Of a stretch of DNA of 64,000 bases, positions 1 through 8,720 are shown one piece after another. A program made the position numbers and the translations under genes. Location of the stretch: the NCBI GenBank assembly GCA_963730645.1, contig CAVSSN010000012.1:242853-306852 (forward strand), written 5' to 3'. The notes beneath the pieces are model-generated. The model saw nothing but the letters and a program-made list of their open reading frames with translations. It was not told the DNA's origin and ran no database searches. Source of the stretch: an uncultured Alphaproteobacteria bacterium. GTDB taxonomy: Bacteria > Pseudomonadota > Alphaproteobacteria > Rhizobiales > Xanthobacteraceae. Numbering within the stretch: the stretch's first letter is position 1; each line of letters opens with the position of its first letter.

Positions 1-428
1 AGCGACGACGGCGACGGGATCGTCATCTTCGGCGTCTGTTTGGTGTGCGCCTGCACGAACTTGAAATGCTCGATCATCGGATGCGGCTTGTAGCCGCCGA
101 GCTTGCCGACCACGCGCAGCATCATCGGCTTCGGCTGCCGGCCCTGGAACTTGATCTTGCGCTCGCCGAGATAGGCCTCGACGCCGTCGAGCTCGCCGAG
201 GAAATCGTAGTTCCAGAACGCGCGGCGATATTCGCCGTCGGTGATGGACTTGAGGCCGACCTCTTCCTGCTTCTTGATGATCTTTTCGATCTCGCGATCC
301 TCGACGGCCTTCAGTTCGGCCGCCGTGATCTCGCCGCGCTCGCGCTTGGCGCGCGCGTCCTTGAGCGGCGCCGAGCGCAGGATGCTGCCGACGTGATCGG
401 CGCGGAAGGGCGGTGTGGTGCGGAGCAT
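1..428 (-). CDS. MetE-like (cobalamin-independent methionine synthase II family, ~370 aa) paralog 1; 5' part only, gene runs off the window start
   Basis: Own translation from ATG (cat at 426-428): MLRTTPPFRADHVGSILRSAPLKDARAKRERGEITAAELKAVEDREIEKIIKKQEEVGLKSITDGEYRRAFWNYDF... It aligns with the N-termini of the two paralogs downstream. Absent from the ORF track because it is truncated by the window edge. Confidence 0.85.
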   Translation of the reverse strand, partial: MLRTTPPFRADHVGSILRSAPLKDARAKRERGEITAAELKAVEDREIEKIIKKQEEVGLKSITDGEYRRAFWNYDFLGELDGVEAYLGERKIKFQGRQPKPMMLRVVGKLGGYKPHPMIEHFKFVQAHTKQTPKMTIPSPSS

Positions 429-454
429 TGGATTTCTTTCCCGTCTTTTTCATT

Positions 455-558
455 GTCATGCCCGCGAAGGCGGGCATCCAGTAAACGCAACCGTGGAGGT
501 CAATACGTTGCGCTCGAATGCGGTGACGACCGGATCATCCGCCTTCGCGGATGATGAC
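455..558. repeat. REP/MITE-like palindromic element, family A (hairpin GTCATGCCCGCGAAGGCGGGCATCCAGT ... hairpin ACTGGATCATCCGCCTTCGCGGATGATGAC)
   Basis: Two GC-rich stem-loops bracketing a variable core. The same architecture recurs at 1721, 3066, 8580, 40419, 41161 and 57807. Confidence 0.85.
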
Positions 559-586
559 CGCTGCCGCGGATGATGGCAGTCTGGTG

Positions 587-1693
587 TTACTTCCCCCACA
601 CTTCCTCGGCCAACTCCACGATCATCCTCAGCTTCGCCCATTGCTCGTCCTCGGCCAGCACGTTGCCCTCCTCGGTCGAGGCGAAGCCGCATTGCGGGGA
701 GAGGCAGAGCTGGTCGAGCGCGATGTATTTGGTCGCCTCGTCGATGCGGCGCTTGATGTCGTCTTTCTTTTCCAGCTTGCCGCTCTTCGAGGTGACGAGG
801 CCGAGCACGAGCTGCTTCTTGCCCTTCGGAAAAAACCGCAGCGGCTCGAAGCCGCCGGCGCGCTCGCTGTCGTATTCGAGGAAATAGCCGTCGAGATTGG
901 TGTGGCCGAGCAGTTGCTCGGCGACGAACTCGTAGCCGCCCGAGGCGATGAAGGTGGAGCGGAAATTGCCGCGGCACGAATGCATGGTGATGGTCATGTC
1001 GGCCGGCTTGCCTTCGAGCGCGGCGTTGGTGAGCTTCGCATAGCGCTTCGGCAGCGTGTCGGGATCGTCGCCGCGCTCCTTGGAATGCGCGCGCTCGCTC
1101 GGATCGCACACCATCGCCCAGGCGGTGTCGTCGAGTTGCAGATAGCGGCAGCCGGCGTCGTAGAAGGCGCGGATCGCCTTGCGGTAGGCGGCGGCGAGAT
1201 CGTCGAAGAACGGATCGAGGTCGGGATAGACCTGCCTGCTGATCGCAGCGCGGCCCTGGCGGAAGTGGAACGTCGACGGCGCCGGGATCGTCATCTTCGG
1301 CGTGACGCGCGTGTGCGCCTTGAGGAATTTGAAATGCTCCAGCATCGGGTGGCCGGAGAAGCCGAGCCTGGCGTCGATCTTGATGGCCTCGGCCTTGGTC
1401 TGCACGCCGGCGAACTGGATGCCATGGTCGGTGGTGTACAAGGTCACGCCATCGAGGCCGCGGAAGAAATCGAAGTGCCACCATGAGCGGCGGAACTCGC
1501 CGTCGGTCGCGAGCTTGAGGCCGATGTCTTCCTGCTTCTTGATGACCTTCTCGATCTCGCGGTCTTCGATTTCCTTGAGCTGCGCCGGCGTGATCGCGCC
1601 GCTGGCGCGCTTCTCGCGCGCCTCCTTGAGCGGCGCAGGGCGCAGCAGGCTGCCGACGTGGTCGGCGCGGTAGGGCGGCGTGGTGCGTTGCAT
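587..1693 (-). CDS. MetE-like (cobalamin-independent methionine synthase II family) paralog 2
   Basis: ORF 587..1768. Start trimmed to MQRTTPPYRADHVGSLLRP (cat at 1691-1693) to match the paralog N-termini. C-terminus ...LSPQCGFASTEEGNVL... is typical of the family. Confidence 0.9.
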   Translation of the reverse strand: MQRTTPPYRADHVGSLLRPAPLKEAREKRASGAITPAQLKEIEDREIEKVIKKQEDIGLKLATDGEFRRSWWHFDFFRGLDGVTLYTTDHGIQFAGVQTKAEAIKIDARLGFSGHPMLEHFKFLKAHTRVTPKMTIPAPSTFHFRQGRAAISRQVYPDLDPFFDDLAAAYRKAIRAFYDAGCRYLQLDDTAWAMVCDPSERAHSKERGDDPDTLPKRYAKLTNAALEGKPADMTITMHSCRGNFRSTFIASGGYEFVAEQLLGHTNLDGYFLEYDSERAGGFEPLRFFPKGKKQLVLGLVTSKSGKLEKKDDIKRRIDEATKYIALDQLCLSPQCGFASTEEGNVLAEDEQWAKLRMIVELAEEVWGK

Positions 1694-1720
1694 TGTTTCT
1701 CTCCCGTCTTTCTTGTCATT

Positions 1721-1828
1721 GTCATGCCCGCGAAGGCGGGCATCCAGTAAACGCAAACGGTGCGGCAATTTCGCAGCGCCGCCGATGCGCCTGCGTTTAC
1801 TGGATCATCCGCTTTCGCGGATGATGAC
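1721..1828. repeat. REP/MITE-like element, family A
   Basis: GTCATGCCCGCGAAGGCGGGCATCCAGTAAACGC ... GTTTACTGGATCATCCGCTTTCGCGGATGATGAC. Confidence 0.85.
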
Positions 1829-1851
1829 AATTTAACGATGACAATTCAGTG

Positions 1852-2958
1852 CTACTTCCACACCTCGTCGGCCAGTTCCACGACCATGCGCAGCTTCGCC
1901 CATTGCTCCTCTTCGGCGAGCACGTTGCCCTCCTCGGTCGAGGCGAAGCCGCATTGCGGCGACAGCGCGAGCTGATCGAGCGCGACGAATTTCGTCGCCT
2001 CCTCGATGCGGCGCTTGATGTCGTCCTTCTTTTCCAGCGCGCCGCTCTTGGTGGTGACGAGGCCGAGCACCACGATCTTGTTGCCCTTGGGCAGGAACCG
2101 CAGCGGCTCGAAGCCGCCGGCGCGCGCGCTGTCGTATTCGAGGAAATAGCCGTCGTAGTTCAGTTTGCCGAGCATGGTATCGGCGACCGGCTCGTAGCCG
2201 CCTTCGGAAATCCAGGTCGAGCGGAAATTGCCGCGGCAGACGTGCGTCGTGATCACCATGTCGGCCGGCTTGCCTTCGAGCGCCTGGTTGATGACGCGCG
2301 CATAGTCCTGCTGCAGCCGATCGGCGTTGAGCCCGCGCTCGCGCGCCTTTTTCAGCTCGGCCTGCGAGCACAGATAGGCCCACGCGGTGTCGTCGAATTG
2401 CAGATAGCGGCAGCCGGCATCGTAGAAGCCCTTGATGGTCTGCCGGTAGGTGTTCGCCAGATCGTCGAAGATGGCATCGCGGTCCTTGTATTCCTTGGTG
2501 GTGACCGCGTTCGGCTCGAGGCGGAAATGCAGCGTGGCCGGGCTCGGGATGCACATTTTCGGCGTGACGTGGGTGTGCGCCTTGAGAAACTTGAAATGCT
2601 CCAGCATCGGATGACTGGAAAAGCCGAGCTTGCCGTGGATGCGGATGCTGCGCGGCTTGGTCTGCACGCCCTGGAACTGGATGCCGTGATCGAGCTCGTA
2701 GATTTCGACGCCGTCGAGCATGCCGTAGAAATCGAAGTGCCACCACGAGCGGCGGAATTCGCCGTCGGTCGCGACCTTGAGGCCGACATCCTCCTGCTTC
2801 TTGATGATCGTCTCGATCTCGCGGCCCTCGACCTCCTTGAGCTGCGCGGCGGTGATCTCGTTCTTCTCGCGCTTCGCCCGCGCCTCCTTCAGCGACGCGG
2901 TGCGCAGAATGCTGCCGACCACGTCGGCGCGGTACGGCGGCTTTGTTCTTGCGGTCAT
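1852..2958 (-). CDS. MetE-like (cobalamin-independent methionine synthase II family) paralog 3
   Basis: 368-aa ORF MTARTKPPYRADVVGSILRT...LSPQCGFASTEEGNVLAEEEQWAKLRMVVELADEVWK, roughly 70% identical by eye to paralog 2. Confidence 0.9.
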   Translation of the reverse strand: MTARTKPPYRADVVGSILRTASLKEARAKREKNEITAAQLKEVEGREIETIIKKQEDVGLKVATDGEFRRSWWHFDFYGMLDGVEIYELDHGIQFQGVQTKPRSIRIHGKLGFSSHPMLEHFKFLKAHTHVTPKMCIPSPATLHFRLEPNAVTTKEYKDRDAIFDDLANTYRQTIKGFYDAGCRYLQFDDTAWAYLCSQAELKKARERGLNADRLQQDYARVINQALEGKPADMVITTHVCRGNFRSTWISEGGYEPVADTMLGKLNYDGYFLEYDSARAGGFEPLRFLPKGNKIVVLGLVTTKSGALEKKDDIKRRIEEATKFVALDQLALSPQCGFASTEEGNVLAEEEQWAKLRMVVELADEVWK

Positions 2959-3065
2959 TGTTGCGTTCCTCCTCGGAATTTCTCGGCGCGAGCCAACCGG
3001 GCGCAGGGCGTCTCGTCAACCACAAAGATCGCAGATGCCGATGGGCTACGTCCCATACACCAACT

Positions 3066-3176
3066 GTCATGCCCGCGAAGGCGGGCATCCAGTAAACGCA
3101 GGCAATAGGGGCATTGGCTCGGTGCTTGTCCTCGTCGTCGGCGTTTACTGGATCGTCCGCCTTCGCGGACGATGAC
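3066..3176. repeat. REP/MITE-like element, family A
   Basis: Same two hairpins. Overlaps the last ~10 codons and the stop of the livF-like gene. Confidence 0.85.
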
Positions 3177-3924
3177 GGTCGAAGATCACTGCTTCCCCCG
3201 CGCCACGCGGCGCGGGCCGGATGTCGGTGACGCCGAGGTGGGTCTCCAGCATGGCGCGGTCGGCGAGCAGCGCGGCGCTGTCGCCCTCGTGCACCACGCA
3301 GCCGCGCTCGATGATGATGGCGCGGTCGGTGACGCCGAGGATTTTCTTGGCGTTCTGCTCCACCAGGATCGCCGACAGGCCCTCGTCGCGGATGAGGCGG
3401 CGCAGCGCCGCCAAAAGTTCGTCGACGATGATCGGCGCCAGCCCTTCGAGCGGCTCGTCGAGCAGCATGATGCGCGGATTGAGCCCGAGCGCGCGGCCGA
3501 CCGCGAGCATCTGCTGCTCGCCGCCGGAAAGCTGGTTGCCGAGGTTGCCTTTGCGCTCGGCGAGCCGCGGGAACAGCGCATAGATCTTGTCGGTGGTCCA
3601 CGGACCGGGCTGCGCCACCGCGGTGAGGTTCTCGTGCACGGTGAGCGACTTGAAGATGTTGCGCTCCTGCGGCACCCAGCCGACGCCGATGTGCGCGCGC
3701 TGGTCGGGCCGCAGCCTGGTGATGTCCTTGCCGTCGAGCATGATGGTGCCGCCGAAAAAATGCGTGACGCCGACGACCGTGTTGACCAGCGTGGTCTTGC
3801 CCATGCCGTTGCGGCCAAGCAGCGCGAGCGAATGGCCTTCGGCGAGCGACAGCGACACGTTCGAGAGCACCACGGCTTCGCCGTAGCCCGCGCACAGCCC
3901 TTCGATCGTCAACAGGTCAGGCAT
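3145..3924 (-). CDS. livF: branched-chain amino acid ABC transporter ATP-binding protein (LivF type)
   Basis: MPDLLTIEGLCAGYGEAVVL...LLGRNGMGKTT (Walker A) ...LSGGEQQMLAVGRAL...MLLDEP. The tail reads into the family A repeat. Confidence 0.9.
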   Translation of the reverse strand: MPDLLTIEGLCAGYGEAVVLSNVSLSLAEGHSLALLGRNGMGKTTLVNTVVGVTHFFGGTIMLDGKDITRLRPDQRAHIGVGWVPQERNIFKSLTVHENLTAVAQPGPWTTDKIYALFPRLAERKGNLGNQLSGGEQQMLAVGRALGLNPRIMLLDEPLEGLAPIIVDELLAALRRLIRDEGLSAILVEQNAKKILGVTDRAIIIERGCVVHEGDSAALLADRAMLETHLGVTDIRPAPRGAGEAVIFDRHRPRRRTIQ

Positions 3925-4667
3925 CGAGCTCCTCGCCCAGATAGACCGCCTTGACGCGCGGATCGCGCGCGACTTCGTCCGGCGCGCCCTCGACGAACAG
4001 CGAACCGTTGACCAGCACCGAGATGCGGTCGGCGAACGAGAACACCAGATCCATGTCGTGCTCGATCAGCAGCACCGTGACGTCGGCCGGCAATGCCGCG
4101 ATGGTGGCGAGCAGGTCGTGGCGCTCGGCTTCCGGCACGCCCGCCGCCGGCTCGTCGAGCAGCAGCACGTGCGGGCGGCACGCGAAGGCGAGCGCGATTT
4201 CGAGCAGGCGCTGCTTGCCGTAGGGCAGGATCGCGGTGCGCTCGTGCATCACGTCGGCGAGGCGGAAGCGCTCGACGATCTCCACGATCTCGTCGATCAC
4301 CGCCGGCCGGCTGCCGACGAGGCGCCACCAGTCGTGGCCGGCGCCGAGGCGTTCGGACACCGCGAGCCCGATCGTTTCCAGCGGGCGTCAGATCGGCGAA
4401 CAACTGGTTGATCTGGAAGGTGCGCGCCATGCCGAGCCGCACGCGCTCGTGCGGCTCCAGCGCGGTGATGTCCTTGCCGTCGAGCATGATGCGGCCGGCG
4501 GTCGGCTTGAGCACGCCGGTCAGCAGATTGATCACGGTGGTCTTGCCGGCGCCGTTCGGGCCGATCAAAGCGTGGCGCGCGCCCTTCTCGATGCGCAGCG
4601 TCACGTCGTGCGCCGCGATGATGCCGCCGAAGCGCTTTTCGAGACCCACCGCTTCGAGGATCGGCAT
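3917..4667 (-). pseudogene. livG: branched-chain amino acid ABC transporter ATP-binding protein (LivG type); frame interrupted as assembled
   Basis: N-terminal part MPILEAVGLEKRFGG...GPNGAGKTT...RTFQINQLFADLTP lies in the frame of ORF 3909..5189. The continuation LETIGLAVSERLGAGHDWW...LLLDEPAAG... lies in ORF 3917..4360. Length 751 = 3n+1, and the extra base fits the run ggg at 4383-4385. Confidence 0.9.
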
Positions 4668-4669
4668 GG

Positions 4670-5713
4670 TCAGCGGCCCTCGGGCGCGGCGCTTTGCACC
4701 GCCGCCGGGGTGGCGCGTCGCCACGTCGTGAGGCGATCGGCAAAGGCGCGAAACGGCGCCAGCCATTGCGAGATGCGGTCGCGGCCGACCAGCACGATGG
4801 TGATGAGCAGGAGGCCGATCCAGAACTGCCAGTATTGCGGCGTCAGCGTCGCGATATAGTCCTGCATGAATTTGTAGATCACCGCGCCGATCAGCCCGCC
4901 ATAGAGATAGCCGGTGCCGCCGATGATGAGGACGAGCAGGAGATCGGCCGATCGCTCCAGCGACAGCACGTCGAGCGAGCAGAACGCCGTGGTCTGCGTC
5001 AGCAACGCACCGGCGATGCCGGCAAAGAACGCCGAGATGGTGTAGACCGCGACCAGCCGGCCGTTGACCGAAATGCCGACCGCGGCGGCGCGCAGTGCAT
5101 TGCCCTTCACCGATTGCAGCGACAGGCCGAACGGCGAATGCACGATGCGCCGCATGATCAGGAAGCAGACGAACAGCACGATGAGGCAATAGGTGTAGGC
5201 GGTGTGGCCGAACAGATCGAACCGGAACATGCCGAGGATCGGCTGCATGGTGATGCCCTGCAGGCCGTCGGCGCCGCCGGTGAGGTCGGAAAAGCGGTTG
5301 GCGAGTTCGCGCAGCAGCAGCGAGACGCCGAGCGTCACCATCAGCCGCGTCAGGTCGGAGCCGCGCAGCACCAGAAAGCTGGTGACGAAGCCAAGCACTG
5401 CGGCGGCGAGCCCCGCCAGCACCAGCGCAATGACCGGCTCGTTGATGATGGCGTACTTGGCGACAAGGCCGGCGAAATATCCGGCAAATCCGAAGAACGC
5501 CGCATGGCCGAGCGAGATGATGCCGGCATAGCCGAGGATGAGGTCGAGCGAGAGCGCGAACAGCGCGAGGATCGCGGTCTCGGTGAGGATCAGGTGTTTG
5601 CCGGGGAACAGCCAGATGGTGGCGAAGGCGAAGACCCAGAACGCGATTTCGAGCGGCGACCAGCGCGCGCGCCGCGCGAGGTAGCCTTTGACTTCGGTTT
5701 CCAGCGCCGCCAT
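4670..5713 (-). CDS. livM: branched-chain amino acid ABC transporter permease (LivM type)
   Basis: 347-aa polytopic ORF ...SLDLILGYAGIISLGHAAFFGFAGY..., adjacent to livG and livH. Confidence 0.9.
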   Translation of the reverse strand: MAALETEVKGYLARRARWSPLEIAFWVFAFATIWLFPGKHLILTETAILALFALSLDLILGYAGIISLGHAAFFGFAGYFAGLVAKYAIINEPVIALVLAGLAAAVLGFVTSFLVLRGSDLTRLMVTLGVSLLLRELANRFSDLTGGADGLQGITMQPILGMFRFDLFGHTAYTYCLIVLFVCFLIMRRIVHSPFGLSLQSVKGNALRAAAVGISVNGRLVAVYTISAFFAGIAGALLTQTTAFCSLDVLSLERSADLLLVLIIGGTGYLYGGLIGAVIYKFMQDYIATLTPQYWQFWIGLLLITIVLVGRDRISQWLAPFRAFADRLTTWRRATPAAVQSAAPEGR

Positions 5714-5717
5714 CGCG

Positions 5718-6578
5718 TCACCGCGCCGCGCTGCGGGCGAACAGGCCCTGCGGACGCCAGATCAGGACGACGATCATGATGGTGTAGATGACGAAGGCGC
5801 CGAGCTTCGGCACGTAATACTTGCCGGCGACGTCGCCGATGCCGAGCACGATCGAGGCGAGGAACGGCCCGGTGATGCTCGTCGTGCCGCCGACCGTCAC
5901 CACGATCAGAAAGTAGATCATGTACTTGAGCGGGAAGGTCGGATCGAGGCCGAGGATTTCCGCACCGAGCGCGCCGCCGAGCCCGGCGAGGCCGGAGCCG
6001 AACGCGAACGTCACGCCGAACACCGCGCCGACATTGATGCCGAGCCCGCGCGCGACGCGCTGATCGTCGACCGCGGCGCGCAGCCGGCTGCCGAACCGCG
6101 TCCTGGCGAGGATGAGCTGCAGCGCGATCGTGAGCACGCCGCACACCGCGATGATGAGCAGCCGATAGCGGCCCATGCCGATGCCGAACACATTGAACTG
6201 GCCCTGCAGCGCATTCGGAATCTGCACGAACTGCTGCGACGAGCCCATGAAATAGTCGACGCCCGCCACCGACATGAAGACGAGGCCGATGGTGAACAGC
6301 ACCTGGTCGAGATGGCTGCGGGCGTAGACGTGGACGTAGAGCGTGCGCTCCAGGATGCCGCCGATCAGGGCCGACACCAGGAACGCGATCGGCAACCCGA
6401 GCAGGAACGGCACGCCCATGCGGTTGACCAGCACGACCGTGACGTAGCCGCCCGCCATGGCGAACGAGCCGTGGGCGAGATTGATGAAATTCATCAGGCC
6501 GAGCGTGACGGACAATCCGCACGCCAGCACGAACAGCAGCATGCCGTAGGCGACACCGTCGAACAGGATGGTCAGCAT
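5718..6578 (-). CDS. livH: branched-chain amino acid ABC transporter permease (LivH type)
   Basis: ORF 5718..6635. Start trimmed to MLTILFDGVAYGMLLFVLACGLSVTLGLMNFINLAHG (cat at 6576-6578). Confidence 0.88.
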   Translation of the reverse strand: MLTILFDGVAYGMLLFVLACGLSVTLGLMNFINLAHGSFAMAGGYVTVVLVNRMGVPFLLGLPIAFLVSALIGGILERTLYVHVYARSHLDQVLFTIGLVFMSVAGVDYFMGSSQQFVQIPNALQGQFNVFGIGMGRYRLLIIAVCGVLTIALQLILARTRFGSRLRAAVDDQRVARGLGINVGAVFGVTFAFGSGLAGLGGALGAEILGLDPTFPLKYMIYFLIVVTVGGTTSITGPFLASIVLGIGDVAGKYYVPKLGAFVIYTIMIVVLIWRPQGLFARSAAR

Positions 6579-6695
6579 GGCCGGCCGTACGCTCCCCTGG
6601 CGCAGGCTATGATAGCAACGAAACGAAGTCGTCACCTACTTTCGTTGCGCGAAATGACGCATCAGACATCAACGCCGCGCCTTCGGCTCGGCGCG

Positions 6696-6823
6696 CTCCC
6701 TCTCCCCGCGTGCGGGGAGAGGGTTGGGGTGAGGGGGCCTATCCGCTTGGCTCAGAATCGCGGAGACGCCCCCTCACCCGCCTGCGCTTCGCGCGACGAC
6801 CTCTCCCCGCGCGCGGGGAGAGG
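6696..6823. repeat. REP/MITE-like element, family D (CTCTCCCCGCGnGCGGGGAGAGG hairpins flanking GGGTGAGGGGGCC...GCCCCCTCACCC)
   Basis: Nested palindromes. A near-identical copy lies at 42891-43020, with relatives at 13621 and 63883. Confidence 0.85.
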
Positions 6824-6833
6824 TGAAGAAACA

Positions 6834-8012
6834 TCACTTCTTCTCCGCGGCCTTCACGGGATCCTTGACGTCCTTGAAGGTGGCGAATTCGACGTTGTAG
6901 AGCTCGCCGTTCTTCTTCTCGACCTTGCGGATGTAGACGTTCTGGATGATGTCGCGCGTGTCCGGATCGATCGAGATCGGGCCGCGCGGGCTTTCCCAGC
7001 TCATGCCCTTCATGGCGGCGACCAGCGAATCGCCGTCGGTCTTGCCGCCGTTCTTTTTCAGCGCCTCGTACATCAGGTGCATGCCGTCGTAGCCGCTGAC
7101 CGCCATGAAGTTCGGCCGCAGGTTGTTGTTCGCCTTCTTGAACGCCTCGACGAAGGCCTTGTTGGCCGGCGAGTCGTGGTCGGCCGAGTAGAAGTGCGCC
7201 GTCACGGTGCCGATGATCTGGTCGCCCATGTTGTTGAGCAGGTCGTCGTCGGTGACGTCGCCCGGGCCGATGATCTTGATGCCGGCCTTGTCGAGGCCGC
7301 GCTCGAGGAACTGCTTGGCGAACGCGCCACCCTGGCCGGACGGCACGAACACGAAGATGGCGTCGGGCTTGGCGTCGGCGGCGCGCTGCAGGAACGGCGC
7401 GAAGTCCGGGTTCGCCAGCGGGAAGCGGATGGCTTCGATCACCTGCCCGCCCTTCTTGGCGAATTCGCCCCCGAAGGACTTCTCGGCGTCGGTCCCCGGC
7501 GCGTAGTCGGACACCATGGTGACGACCTTCTTGATGCCGTTGTCGGCCGCCCAGTCGGCGATCGGCACGCTCGACTGCGCCAGCGTGAAGCTGGTGCGCA
7601 CGATGTAGGGCGACTTCTCGGTGATGATCGAGGTGCCGGCCGCGGTGACGATCTCCGGAACCTTGGCTTCGGTGGCGATCGGCGCGACCGCGAGCGCCGC
7701 CGGCGTCACGCCGAAGCCGGCGAGGAACGTCACCTTGTCGTTGACGACGAACTCCTGCGCGATGCGCTTGGTGTTGTCGGGAACGGCGCCGTCATCCTTG
7801 ATGATGACTTCGACTTTCTTGCCGGCGACGGTGTCGCCGTTCTGCGCCTGGAACAGTTTGATGGCGGCGGAAATCTGCTTGCCGGTCGAGGCCTGCGGGC
7901 CGGTCATCGGCAGGATGAAGCCGATCTTGACCGTGCTCTGCGCGAACGCGCCGCCGGCCGCGAAAGTGCCGAGCGCGAGCGCGGTCCCGGCGAGGAAGTA
8001 CCTGCGCAACAT
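6834..8012 (-). CDS. ABC transporter substrate-binding protein (LivK / branched-chain amino acid-binding family)
   Basis: 392-aa ORF with signal peptide MLRRYFLAGTALALGTFAAGGAFA followed by QSTVKIGFILPMTGPQASTGKQ. Confidence 0.9.
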   Translation of the reverse strand: MLRRYFLAGTALALGTFAAGGAFAQSTVKIGFILPMTGPQASTGKQISAAIKLFQAQNGDTVAGKKVEVIIKDDGAVPDNTKRIAQEFVVNDKVTFLAGFGVTPAALAVAPIATEAKVPEIVTAAGTSIITEKSPYIVRTSFTLAQSSVPIADWAADNGIKKVVTMVSDYAPGTDAEKSFGGEFAKKGGQVIEAIRFPLANPDFAPFLQRAADAKPDAIFVFVPSGQGGAFAKQFLERGLDKAGIKIIGPGDVTDDDLLNNMGDQIIGTVTAHFYSADHDSPANKAFVEAFKKANNNLRPNFMAVSGYDGMHLMYEALKKNGGKTDGDSLVAAMKGMSWESPRGPISIDPDTRDIIQNVYIRKVEKKNGELYNVEFATFKDVKDPVKAAEKK

Positions 8013-8131
8013 GGATTTTCTCCTTGAACCTGTGGGGCTTTAACGGGCGTTTTGGACGCCATTAGTTCGTATACCAACATTCCGGATTGGGGTTTGTCCA
8101 GAGTGCCGATTGTCCCATGAGTTTGCCTCTC

Positions 8132-8250
8132 GTCATTCCGGGGCCGAGCGAAGCGAGGAGCCCGGAATCCATAGCCACAGTGTCGAGCGAACTCAGTGCC
8201 AGTTTGTGGTTATGGATTCCGGGCTCGCGCTACGCGCGCCCCGGAATGAC
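8132..8250. repeat. REP/MITE-like element, family B (GTCATTCCGGGGCCGAGCGnAGCGAGGAGCCCGGAATCCATAGCCACA ... ATGGATTCCGGGCTCGC...GCGCCCCGGAATGAC)
   Basis: Terminal inverted GTCATTCCGG/CCGGAATGAC. Copies at 17993 and 22544, half copy near 41091. Confidence 0.85.
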
Positions 8251-8258
8251 GGCAGAGG

Positions 8259-8584
8259 TTACCCGCCGCCGCTGCGGACGTAGGCCCACAGCGCGTTGAC
8301 ATCCTCAGCGCTGACCTTGTCGCGCCACGGCGGCATGCCGTTGCCTTTGCCGTTGAGCACCGAGGTTGTGAAGCGCTCGGCGGCGTCCTTCGGAAATTTG
8401 CGCAGGTCGAAGGTGAGCGTGCTGGTGTTGACCATGTCGCGGCCATGACACGGCGAGCAGACATCGTTGAAGAGGTCGCGGCCCTGATCGATGAGGTCGT
8501 CATCGGCAGCGTGGGCGCAATCGGGGCGAATACCAAAACTGCAAATGCGGTAACAAGCAAACACTTTGCAATGCAGACTGTCAT
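8259..8584 (-). pseudogene. small periplasmic monohaem cytochrome c; frame interrupted as assembled
   Basis: Signal peptide MTVCIAKCLLVTAFAVLVFAPIAP lies in the frame of ORF 8210..8584. The mature part AHAADDDLIDQGRDLFNDVCSPCHGRDM...GMPPW... (CxxCH) lies in ORF 8259..8618. Length 326 = 3n+2, a net -1 near 8515. The start codon sits inside the family A repeat. Confidence 0.75.
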
Positions 8585-8660
8585 GCCCCGCGAAGGCGGG
8601 GCATCCAGTACTCACCACATTGCGGCGAGTCTACTGGATCGTCTCGCGCTTCGCGAACGC
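8580..8660. repeat. REP/MITE-like element, family A variant
   Basis: GTCATGCCCCGCGAAGGCGGGGCATCCAGTACTC ... CTACTGGATCGTCTCGCGCTTCGCGA. Confidence 0.8.
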
Positions 8661-8720
8661 CCTACTCGACAGCCGCAGGGGGGCGGGAGTCGACCCGCTC
8701 ACACCTTCTTGGTGCGCAGG

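Noticed and set aside
1832-3895. Very long ORFs in the six-frame track that overlap or lie antisense to recognised genes. Examples: 1832..3895 (687 aa), 5688..8027 (779 aa), 12408..14672 (754 aa), 12805..14709 (634 aa), 36737..38947 (736 aa), 45096..46904 (602 aa), 48196..49986 (596 aa), 54585..57236 (883 aa) and 55621..57516 (631 aa).
   Set aside because: Their translations are Arg/Ala/Pro/Gly-rich low-complexity strings with no family resemblance. They shadow genes that have clear homology on the other strand or in another frame. Stop-poor alternative frames are expected at this GC content. A few of them (12805.., 54585.., 19015..) only matter because short stretches carry the true frame of a frameshifted gene.
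8087-8299. Short ORFs lying entirely within REP elements or intergenic hairpins, for example 8087..8299, the 5' part of 22504..23142, 16417..16644 and 57637..57858.
   Set aside because: They translate the palindromic repeat consensus (...IPGPSEARSPESI..., ...SAKADDPV...). They recur wherever the repeat recurs and lack ribosome-binding sites.
455-8660. Recurrent palindromic repeats as a possible CRISPR array.
   Set aside because: The copies are separated by whole genes (1-5 kb), not by 25-50-nt spacers. The repeat units are 70-130 nt composite hairpins of several families. No cas genes are present.
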